Made by a program: the position numbers and the translations under genes. 64,000 nt of DNA. Origin: a virus (taxonomy: Duplodnaviria; Caudoviricetes). The notes beneath the pieces are model-generated. The model was not told where the DNA came from, searched no databases, and worked only from the letters and a program-made list of their open reading frames with translations. Shown here one piece after another: positions 47,951-56,111 of this stretch. Each line of letters starts with the position of its first letter. Within the stretch, counting starts at the first letter, position 1. Location of the stretch: positions 10,248-74,247 of the IMG/VR virus record IMGVR_UViG_3300020042_012680, one strand, 5' to 3'.

Positions 47951-49231
47951 TTAGTATACCAGCGGCGCAGTAGTTATCCATGATAAATCGTAATCTATTG
48001 AACTTTCTGTCCCTAGAAGCTCATATTCATTAATTCCAGAATTTCCTAATAAAAATCCATCATATTTTATATTTATTAAATTACCGCTAGCAAAAAGACC
48101 TCTTGTGGAAAAATCTGGATCTATATCAAATTTAAATAAAATTGATATATTTTTATTTCCTTCTATAGAAGAGTCATAATTAATATTATTAAATTTACAT
48201 CCACTGAATATATATCTTGTATTATCTACTCCAGCTCTATTTGAATTAAAATCACATATTATATCATAATTGTTGTCTAAATTTAAGTATTCAAAAAATG
48301 AACCTGTATTTATATTTTTGTTAATGATATTTAAATTTAAAGTTCCTTGTACTGGAAATTGAATTTTATTTAGTAATGGAAATTTATAATTTACAGATTT
48401 TAATTCTGATCTATTAAAAGTAATGTTATAATTTAAACTATATATATATTCTGTATCAAAGATTATTTTTTTGGCGCTAGATAAGATCTGTATGTTCATA
48501 TCTTGTGGTAAAAGAATATTTTTACCCAAAATATTTGGACTTTTTAGATCGAGATGTCTAGGGATTATAATCTCTTCGCTAGCAATTTTTAGATCTCCAG
48601 ATTTTAAATCTAGTGTTCTATTGAATAAATTACTTCCAGAGTTATAAAAAGTTAAATTATCGCAAGCATACCTTTGATTTACAATAGGTAAATTATTTGT
48701 AGTAATTTCAAATTGATACTCTTTTAAATAACAATTTTGAAAATGTAACATGCCATAATCACTAGAATTTAAGTCTAAAATATTATTTTTTGTTTTCGGG
48801 TTGATAGACTCTTCTGAAGGTTCAAAAGTATATTCAGATAAATCATTTTCATTCTTTTTGATTACCAAGAAAAAATCTTTTTTATCAAATAAATTGGATT
48901 TCATCATGCTTGAAAACATTGGGTAAATTTCATGATAGTTAAAATAACCTACATCAAAATTTAAACGATACTCGTTTGTTATTCCATCTGGAATGTATGA
49001 AAAGTCTAAATCAACTGTTGGATAATCAAATCCTCGAAAAACTAAATTTTTTGATATTAATTGATTTTTTTTATTAGAATTTATGGTATAATTTACGGTT
49101 TGAATTTTTTCTAATTTTTTTAAAATATTGAACCCACTTAAATAATAGTTTCCCCCATTATTCCTTTCGCTTTGCTCCCCAGAATAAGGAGACAAGTATA
49201 GTCCCTGCATGTTGTAGATAATTCTGTTCAT
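47951..49231 (-). CDS. Tail tube paralog
   Basis: MNRIIYN, KIQTVNY, PTVDLDFSY, SGCKFNNINYDSSIEGNK align with the tube gene (RNRIIYQ, RIQTANY, PTVSLDFSY, KGAKLDSQEYSTDIGSNK). Confidence 0.7.
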   Translation of the reverse strand: MNRIIYNMQGLYLSPYSGEQSERNNGGNYYLSGFNILKKLEKIQTVNYTINSNKKNQLISKNLVFRGFDYPTVDLDFSYIPDGITNEYRLNFDVGYFNYHEIYPMFSSMMKSNLFDKKDFFLVIKKNENDLSEYTFEPSEESINPKTKNNILDLNSSDYGMLHFQNCYLKEYQFEITTNNLPIVNQRYACDNLTFYNSGSNLFNRTLDLKSGDLKIASEEIIIPRHLDLKSPNILGKNILLPQDMNIQILSSAKKIIFDTEYIYSLNYNITFNRSELKSVNYKFPLLNKIQFPVQGTLNLNIINKNINTGSFFEYLNLDNNYDIICDFNSNRAGVDNTRYIFSGCKFNNINYDSSIEGNKNISILFKFDIDPDFSTRGLFASGNLINIKYDGFLLGNSGINEYELLGTESSIDYDLSWITTAPLVY

Positions 49232-50418
49232 TATAGAAGATAATTTTCATATCTCAACAGATTGCCGCTAGCGAATAATCCGCGAGAATTAAAATCAGTA
49301 TCAAGATCAAAAGTAAAGTTTAAAGTTGCCGACTTATTGTCTCCAATATTTGAATTATAATTAATATTATTAAATTTACATCCACTTATAATAAATTTTG
49401 TTAATTCTATCTTTTTTGATAAATTTGAATTAAATTCTAGAACTATATTATAATCATCATCTGCTTTTAAAGTATCAAAAAAAGAACCACTTAATGTACT
49501 ACTAGTAACTAATGATAAGTTTAATTCTCCGTTTACAGGAAAAGTGATATTACTAATTATTGGAAATTTATAATTTATTGATTTAACAATTTTTCTATTA
49601 AAATTTATGTTGAAATTTAAACCATTTATATTCTCTTCATAAAATTTAAGAGTTTGATTTTTTGTGATAAGATATAAATTTAAATTATTTGGGGTTAATA
49701 CGTTTACACCGCTAATCAAGGATTGCTTTAAATCTATGTCTTTAGGTATTATGATAATATCTTGTGATTTTGTGTTTAATCCTGATTTAATATCTAAGCT
49801 ACTGTAATTTAGATTACTACCACTGGAATAAAAAAATATATTATTAAATAAATAATTTTGTTGTATCGTTGGCATTTGATTAACTTGTAGATCAAAGCTA
49901 TAATTATTTAAGTAACAATCTTGAAAATGAATAACTTGAAAATCTTTTCTTTTCGGATGAGCAATGTCCTCTTGCGAATTAGGAAAAATGAAAGACGAAT
50001 TAATAGTAGATTTTGAATCTACGTCTTCTTCGGTTTTATTTACAATTAGATAAAAATCTTTGCGATTTGTATCTTTATCGTTTGTACAGATCCCAGAAAA
50101 CATATTTCCATAGAAATTTTTATTGAAATGACCTACATCAAATCCTAGTCTATTTTCGTTTGTTATGCCATCTGGTATATAAGAAAAAGTTAGAGTTCCT
50201 TCTGGTGAAGACGTAATTCCCCTAAATATGCTAATTTTTTGGCCAAAAGCTTTCGCGTCTTGTCTTGGTTGTTCTATTGAGTAATTAATATTTTGAATTT
50301 TTTCTATCTTTTTTAAAATCTTAAAATTAGGCAAATAAAAGGGGAATCCATTTTGCTCTTCTTGCGACTTGGGTAAGACAAAAAGCTCTTGTTGATTATA
50401 TATTATTCTATTAACCAT
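49231..50418 (-). CDS. Tail tube paralog
   Basis: MVNRIIYN, KIQNINY, FSYIPDGITNENRLGF, SGCKFNNINYNSNIGDNK; close paralog of 47951-49231. Confidence 0.7.
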   Translation of the reverse strand: MVNRIIYNQQELFVLPKSQEEQNGFPFYLPNFKILKKIEKIQNINYSIEQPRQDAKAFGQKISIFRGITSSPEGTLTFSYIPDGITNENRLGFDVGHFNKNFYGNMFSGICTNDKDTNRKDFYLIVNKTEEDVDSKSTINSSFIFPNSQEDIAHPKRKDFQVIHFQDCYLNNYSFDLQVNQMPTIQQNYLFNNIFFYSSGSNLNYSSLDIKSGLNTKSQDIIIIPKDIDLKQSLISGVNVLTPNNLNLYLITKNQTLKFYEENINGLNFNINFNRKIVKSINYKFPIISNITFPVNGELNLSLVTSSTLSGSFFDTLKADDDYNIVLEFNSNLSKKIELTKFIISGCKFNNINYNSNIGDNKSATLNFTFDLDTDFNSRGLFASGNLLRYENYLL

Positions 50419-50465
50419 GCACCTTAATCCTTGTATAGGATTACACTTTTATTTTAGTTTATATT

Positions 50466-50984
50466 TTACCAAGTGGACATTGCTGTTCTTGTCCAATAAT
50501 TGCCATTATGTCTATATAAATAATTTTTATCAAAAGCAACTTGACCACTTATACCAAATGAAGTAGAATTAACTGGTATTTGATTATCATTTTGAATAAT
50601 AACTTTATTTTTAATATAAGTGCCACTTGCAAAATCTAATGTTAATGTATTAGGTCCAGAGGTAGAATGTGTCCGAGTTTGTGAGTCGGAAATTACTCCA
50701 GCGCCACTATGAATTGCTGATCCAAGTTTACCACCAATAGTAAAAGCATGATTTGCTTTAACGACATTTGCTTCTCCGCCTAAACTAAATCCGTATCTTC
50801 CTGATACACCATTTCTAAATCCCCCAATAATAAAAGCGTAATCTCCAGAAAGATTATTATATCTTCCACCAAGAATCCCTTGATCATTTGCCAATCCAAA
50901 AGAGTTATTATTTACTTCGTAGTAAGATTTTAGCGAACCGTCATCATATACTCCTTTATAAATTATTTCGTTATTTTGTATCAT
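50466..50984 (-). CDS. Short fibre-like protein, truncated paralog of 52626-53864
   Basis: Few GG..N repeats and shared TLTLDF.SGTYI.NK plus STSFG.SGQ C-terminal module. Confidence 0.6.
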   Translation of the reverse strand: MIQNNEIIYKGVYDDGSLKSYYEVNNNSFGLANDQGILGGRYNNLSGDYAFIIGGFRNGVSGRYGFSLGGEANVVKANHAFTIGGKLGSAIHSGAGVISDSQTRTHSTSGPNTLTLDFASGTYIKNKVIIQNDNQIPVNSTSFGISGQVAFDKNYLYRHNGNYWTRTAMSTW

Positions 50985-51005
50985 TTTGATATCCTTTATT
51001 CATGA

Positions 51006-52154
51006 CTATTCTCCCTCTCCTGGATTTGACCCTCCTGCATTTGAATAATTGCCCATTAAACCAGCTACGGTTCTACCATATTCGTACCTTATAAAATTTC
51101 CATTATTATATAATTGTGTTACTTGAGCTTGATTTAAAGCTGTACCTTTCCAAAAAAGCATATATCTTAAAGCATCTACTTTAGAGTAAAATTCAACAGA
51201 AGTTGCTGGGTTGCGTCGTGCAGATCCGTTTGGACTTGCTCCTATTCCCCATCCTTGGTAACTCGGATTCTGGTAAATTGATCCTATTTTTTGTCCAACA
51301 TTCATATATGGAGGCGCATATGAAGCGGTAGATTGTAAAATTCCATTAACATAAAATTTAATTAGTTTAGTTGCTGCCTCATTAGTAACAACTACTTGAC
51401 AAAATTGTGATGTACTTGGAGGCGTAAGTGTTGTTTGTCCTAGCCATCTATAATCAAAGTAGAACGCTCCAGAAACAGTGTTATGAGTATTAAAAGAAAA
51501 ATTTAAATAATCTCCATTAGTAGGGTAGCCTCCATTCAGAGTCTTGGAGTCTGGATTTACCCAACTTAAGTAAAAACCTAATTTTCCAAAAGGTTGTCCC
51601 ATGAAAAATCTGTGGACGGGACCTGGAACTAAAGGTCTTTTTGTTTCAAAACTAAGAGTAAAATTTTCATTTAGTGTACTTGGTTCTATAAGATTTGATG
51701 TACTATTAAGTAAATACCCACCAAGATCATTTGAATAACCACTGACTGTATCAAATCTTGATGGACCATAACTATAGAAATGGTATTCTCCAATTCCGTC
51801 TGTTCCATTTGAAGTAAGTTTCCAGGAATTATTTGGAATAGGAATATAAGTTTGACTAGGGCTAGTTAATCCTGGTTTCACATCTGCATTATTTTCTTCT
51901 TCCCAATAAGCTAATTTTGATCTTACCCATTTATTTATGCCTATGCAATAATATAAATGATGGTCATCAAAAGCTGTATTTCCCCTTTCTCCTATTGAGG
52001 TAGATGCAGTTGGAGCGGTAACCTTTAGCGTATCTCTATTAAAAAGTGGATCGACGATCAATCTATAACCAGAAATAATAAATTGATTAGTATTTGAATC
52101 AATAAATAAACCCTTGTTAGGTGCAATAGAAAATACTGTATTTAAACTTGCCAT
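51006..52154 (-). CDS. LamG/ConA-like fibre-associated protein
   Basis: FTLSFET...QVVVT...KFYVNGILQ...ALNQAQVTQLYNNG LamG-like pattern; N-terminal RGNTAFDDHHLYYC module. Confidence 0.6.
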   Translation of the reverse strand: MASLNTVFSIAPNKGLFIDSNTNQFIISGYRLIVDPLFNRDTLKVTAPTASTSIGERGNTAFDDHHLYYCIGINKWVRSKLAYWEEENNADVKPGLTSPSQTYIPIPNNSWKLTSNGTDGIGEYHFYSYGPSRFDTVSGYSNDLGGYLLNSTSNLIEPSTLNENFTLSFETKRPLVPGPVHRFFMGQPFGKLGFYLSWVNPDSKTLNGGYPTNGDYLNFSFNTHNTVSGAFYFDYRWLGQTTLTPPSTSQFCQVVVTNEAATKLIKFYVNGILQSTASYAPPYMNVGQKIGSIYQNPSYQGWGIGASPNGSARRNPATSVEFYSKVDALRYMLFWKGTALNQAQVTQLYNNGNFIRYEYGRTVAGLMGNYSNAGGSNPGEGE

Positions 52155-52155
52155 A

Positions 52156-52593
52156 TTATGATACTCCTTGTGTAAATGATGTACTTACCCAACCTGTATA
52201 AAAATTATTTTTAATTCCAAGAAAGGTTACTCCGTGTTTTTGATAAATTTCCAAATATTCATCAGAATATTCAAATTTTTGATTTGGTGAATATCCACTG
52301 ATATATAATGGAATGGTTGAAGTAGAATGATTTTTAATTGTTATCATTTTACCGTTAGAAACATCTGGTAGAAAACCAGTAAAATTACTATCATTTTGGT
52401 CAGAAACAAAAATATTTATACTTTTATTTATATTAAAATTTGTATTTTTATGAAAATCAAAATCTTGGGTCAAATTTCCAAGATAAATATTTGCAGGTTG
52501 ATCATTTCCACTAATACGAACATACCTTAAATCTAGTTGACCAGAATTAGTTAACTGCTCTGTGAATATTTGTAAGCCATTAAATGTACGCAT
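52156..52593 (-). CDS. Small fibre-associated protein
   Basis: N-terminus shared with 53869-54147; FLPDVSNGKMITIKN fibre motif. Confidence 0.6.
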   Translation of the reverse strand: MRTFNGLQIFTEQLTNSGQLDLRYVRISGNDQPANIYLGNLTQDFDFHKNTNFNINKSINIFVSDQNDSNFTGFLPDVSNGKMITIKNHSTSTIPLYISGYSPNQKFEYSDEYLEIYQKHGVTFLGIKNNFYTGWVSTSFTQGVS

Positions 52594-52625
52594 TTAATAG
52601 AGTTACACAAAAAATATGTAAAATA

Positions 52626-53864
52626 TCACCATTCAGCAAGAGCTGTTCTACGCCATTTTACTCCATCATGAGAATAAATAAAATTAGAATCTGTTGTAAT
52701 TTGACCAGAAACTCCAAATGAGGTTGATAAATATGGAATATATGAATTATTAAAAATTAATTTATTTCTAATATAAGTTCCACTTATAAAGTCGAGGGTT
52801 AAAGTATGTGGACCAGCGGATTGGTGGACTCTATTTTGACCATCACCAAGAACTGCTGATCCAGAATGAGAAGCTTGAACTACTGAACATCTGCCCCCAA
52901 CTATATAACTATAATCTGCAAAAGCGCAATTTCTTTCGCCACCACCTATTATAGAAAAGTTTCCTGTTGCACAATTAGAAGCTCCTCCACCAATAGTTGA
53001 ATAGTCTCCTATTGCACAATTAGAAATTCCTCCACCAACAGTTGAATAGTTTCCTATTGCGCAACTAATTCTTCCTCCACCAATAGTTGAATAAAACCCT
53101 GCTGCACGATTAATTTGTCCTCCACCAATAGTTGAAAAAGCTGCTGTTGCACAATTAGAAACTCCTCCACCAACAGTTGAAGAAATCCCTGTTGCACGAT
53201 TTTGATTTCCTCCACCAACATTTGCATAATTTGCTGTTGCAGAATTATATCTTCCTCCACCAACATTTGCATAATTTGCTGTTGCACAATTTCTATATCC
53301 TCCACCAACATTTGAAGAGTATCCTGTTGCACAATTACGGTTTCCTCCACCAATAGTTGAAAAAGATCTTGTTACACAATTACAGTTTCCTCCACCAATA
53401 GTTGAAAAAGCTTCTGTTACACAATTACAGTTTCCTCCACCAATAGTTGAAAAAGACCCTGCTGCACGATTAAATTGTCCTCCACCAACAGTTGAAACAG
53501 CTGCTATTGCACAATTAGAAGTTCCTCCACCAACGTTTGAATAAGTTTCTGTTGCACAATTAGAAGCTCCTCCACCAACAGTTGAAGAAAGCCCTATTGC
53601 ACAATTTCTATTTCCTCCACCAATAGTTGAAAAAACTGCTGTTGCATGATTATTTTCTCCTCCAACAACAATTGCATAGTTTTGTGTAGCAGTATTACTT
53701 CTTCCACCAAGAATAACGCTTCCAAAACAACCGCTAGATACACTTTGATGACCAAAATTTACTGTTCCAGATATGCCCATCAAAAGATCTCCCTCTGCTG
53801 CAGATATCTCGCGTTTAGAGCCATCTGGATCTCTCTTAATAAGATATATTGAATTTAAACTCAT
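52626..53864 (-). CDS. Beta-roll fibre/adhesin with 15-aa Cys-containing repeats
   Basis: 16 S(T/N)(I/V)GGG..NCA-type units plus 3 degenerate flanking units. Confidence 0.8.
   Translation of the reverse strand: MSLNSIYLIKRDPDGSKREISAAEGDLLMGISGTVNFGHQSVSSGCFGSVILGGRSNTATQNYAIVVGGENNHATAVFSTIGGGNRNCAIGLSSTVGGGASNCATETYSNVGGGTSNCAIAAVSTVGGGQFNRAAGSFSTIGGGNCNCVTEAFSTIGGGNCNCVTRSFSTIGGGNRNCATGYSSNVGGGYRNCATANYANVGGGRYNSATANYANVGGGNQNRATGISSTVGGGVSNCATAAFSTIGGGQINRAAGFYSTIGGGRISCAIGNYSTVGGGISNCAIGDYSTIGGGASNCATGNFSIIGGGERNCAFADYSYIVGGRCSVVQASHSGSAVLGDGQNRVHQSAGPHTLTLDFISGTYIRNKLIFNNSYIPYLSTSFGVSGQITTDSNFIYSHDGVKWRRTALAEW
52890..53720 (-). repeat. 45-nt coding tandem repeat array
   Basis: Recurrent cctccaccaa(t/c)agttgaa...gttgcacaatt on the plus strand at 45-nt period. 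Confidence 0.9.
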
Positions 53865-53868
53865 AATT

Positions 53869-54147
53869 TTATAGTTTTGTCCAGTCTACATATATTGGAA
53901 GCGCAAACCATCTTCCCTGCGTTCCATTTCCGCTTGAGCAAATATATAGAAATTGATTATCCCAAGCTATCTGTCCACTATATCCAGGAAAATAAACCCC
54001 AGTTGGTGAATTGCTTGCCCCGATTCTAGCTCCTGCGTTAAGATTTACTTCAGAATCATTTCCTGTAATTCTAGTGTATCTAAGGTCTAGTTGACCACTA
54101 TTAGTTAATTGTTCCGTAAATATTTGTAAACCATTAAATGTGCGCAT
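53869..54147 (-). CDS. Small fibre-associated protein
   Basis: MRTFNGLQIFTEQLTNSGQLDLRY N-terminus and GQIAWDNQFLYIC module. Confidence 0.6.
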   Translation of the reverse strand: MRTFNGLQIFTEQLTNSGQLDLRYTRITGNDSEVNLNAGARIGASNSPTGVYFPGYSGQIAWDNQFLYICSSGNGTQGRWFALPIYVDWTKL

Positions 54148-54170
54148 TTAATAAGATTACACTTTATAAA

Positions 54171-56093
54171 TTAATTTTTACTATGATACAATAGACTTGC
54201 TAAATAATTTGCGACTTGATGCTCTGAGGCTATTTCTTGAATTTTTGTAACTTGATCTTGATTTTTATCAAAAGGCTTTTCTAGATATTCTTCTATTTTA
54301 GACTTCCAATTTTCTGGAGATTCATTAGCAATAATAATCTCTGATATATTTTCTGCATTCTCTTTTTGTTGGTTACTTAATTTCTTGACATTGAATTTTT
54401 TTCTTACAGCAGATTTAACTTCTTCTTCTAAATCTTGAGCTACAAGTATATTTTCTTTAATTTTTGTAATAGAGAAATTAGAGCTTGCCCCAATTGGCTT
54501 TATGTTTTTAGTAGATTGAGGTATTCCAGTAGAACCAGATGGTCTTCCAGCTTGATTTGCTCCTCCACCAATAACTGGTTGATAGAGTCCTTGATCTTTG
54601 AGTTCTCTAAATTTATTTTGAGATTCAATTGATTCTTGAGTTGTTGGAAGTCTGCCAGTTTGAATAGCTTGAACTCCTTCTTCTGGAGTAAGAATTCCAA
54701 GTTCAATAAGGCGATTATATATTCTTGAATATTGAACATCATCTTTTAGGCTTATATCTTCAAAAGCTGGAGTTGGGAAATTTTTAAATCCAAGATCTTT
54801 GCTCATTCTACGTATTTCAGGAATTAAGAATTCATTTATAAAAACTTCTCTGGCTTGCTTTAATCTTTCAACAAATACTTGAATTTTAATACTTTGGTTG
54901 GCGAATTTTTCACTACCAATAAGCACATTGTTAAGTCCAATTTGAATATCTCTATCAACAACTTCATATTTTTGTGGTCCAATAAGATTACCAATATCTG
55001 GAATAACAAATTCTGCTTTCGTTGTGTAATCTGCAATTAAAACTCTCCCAACGCTTTGATTTTCAAAAAGAGATTGCATAGCTTGCAAGTTCTTTTGATT
55101 AACTCCACCTTTATCTGGATCAGTTCCCATGGTAACGAGGAGAACTGCTTGTTGCATCGTTCTTGTTACTGCCATGTCCATTTTTTTCATTTCAAGTTTC
55201 CAATTAATATCGTCAAGCACTGGGAATCCCATCGGAATAGATAATGGCTCATAATCTTGTTTTTTATAAAAAACAGCAGCAAGCCTTTTAGAGTCGAGAG
55301 GTAATAAAATATAAGAATTACTTTTATTTTTAACTTGTTCTTTAGTTTGTTCTGGAAGCGAATCATAAACTTCCTTATCTTCCTCTGTTTTTGGATCTCT
55401 TAATTTCTCTAATTCATAATCGCTTAAGAGTTTGTAATAATTATTAAATGCATAATTTACTGTGCCACCAACATAAACATCAGCAGGATTAATAATGGTA
55501 TATCTTGCTGGAAGTTTTACTGCTCCATCCTCGGCGATTGATTTTAATTTTGAGCCAAATGTTTGAGTAATTCTGAGTAATTGTTCTGGAGTTAGAGACG
55601 TATCAAATCTATAAACAAAAACATTTCCACCTCGATAGTATTCACGAAAAAATTGATCTTGAAAGCTAGCAATATTAATTTTCTTGAAATAAGCTTCAAA
55701 AAACTCTCTAGCTTTTTGACTGCCCCCACTTAAATATATTGGACTACTAGAAAACTCTGTCATTAAATCGATAGTATTTCTAAATACTGCAACATTATAA
55801 TAAGCCTTTTGACAAAGAATAATTGCGTCTCTAACGTCTAGCGTAGAAAGATTTTTAACATAATTTGAATATCTAAAAGGAATTAATCCAGTATCAATAT
55901 TTGTGAATCTGTTAGTTTTTTCAATAGTAGAAGAGGCGTTTCTGCGTGTTCCCGTGGCTGCTGCTCTTATTTCTGACATTTTAATTTTTGCTTTATCTGC
56001 ATCGGTACCATAAACCATAAGTGGTGTGGCTTCAGATATTGGTATTCCTATGGAAGCTTTAATTTCTTGGATTTTTTTCGTTTTTTTGCTCAT
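54171..56093 (-). CDS. Portal protein
   Basis: 640 aa directly downstream of terL; RNTIDLMTEF, GNVFVY, PMGFPVL, GILTPEE, late GRP motif. Partly positional. Confidence 0.7.
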   Translation of the reverse strand: MSKKTKKIQEIKASIGIPISEATPLMVYGTDADKAKIKMSEIRAAATGTRRNASSTIEKTNRFTNIDTGLIPFRYSNYVKNLSTLDVRDAIILCQKAYYNVAVFRNTIDLMTEFSSSPIYLSGGSQKAREFFEAYFKKINIASFQDQFFREYYRGGNVFVYRFDTSLTPEQLLRITQTFGSKLKSIAEDGAVKLPARYTIINPADVYVGGTVNYAFNNYYKLLSDYELEKLRDPKTEEDKEVYDSLPEQTKEQVKNKSNSYILLPLDSKRLAAVFYKKQDYEPLSIPMGFPVLDDINWKLEMKKMDMAVTRTMQQAVLLVTMGTDPDKGGVNQKNLQAMQSLFENQSVGRVLIADYTTKAEFVIPDIGNLIGPQKYEVVDRDIQIGLNNVLIGSEKFANQSIKIQVFVERLKQAREVFINEFLIPEIRRMSKDLGFKNFPTPAFEDISLKDDVQYSRIYNRLIELGILTPEEGVQAIQTGRLPTTQESIESQNKFRELKDQGLYQPVIGGGANQAGRPSGSTGIPQSTKNIKPIGASSNFSITKIKENILVAQDLEEEVKSAVRKKFNVKKLSNQQKENAENISEIIIANESPENWKSKIEEYLEKPFDKNQDQVTKIQEIASEHQVANYLASLLYHSKN

Positions 56094-56111
56094 TTAACTT
56101 GTATATTACAC

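Noticed and set aside
52890-53720. CRISPR-like array, and the alternate-frame ORF 53054-53353 (LVEE repeats)
   Set aside because: The 45-nt period equals 15 codons of the fibre gene with no unique spacers; the short ORF is a frame shadow.
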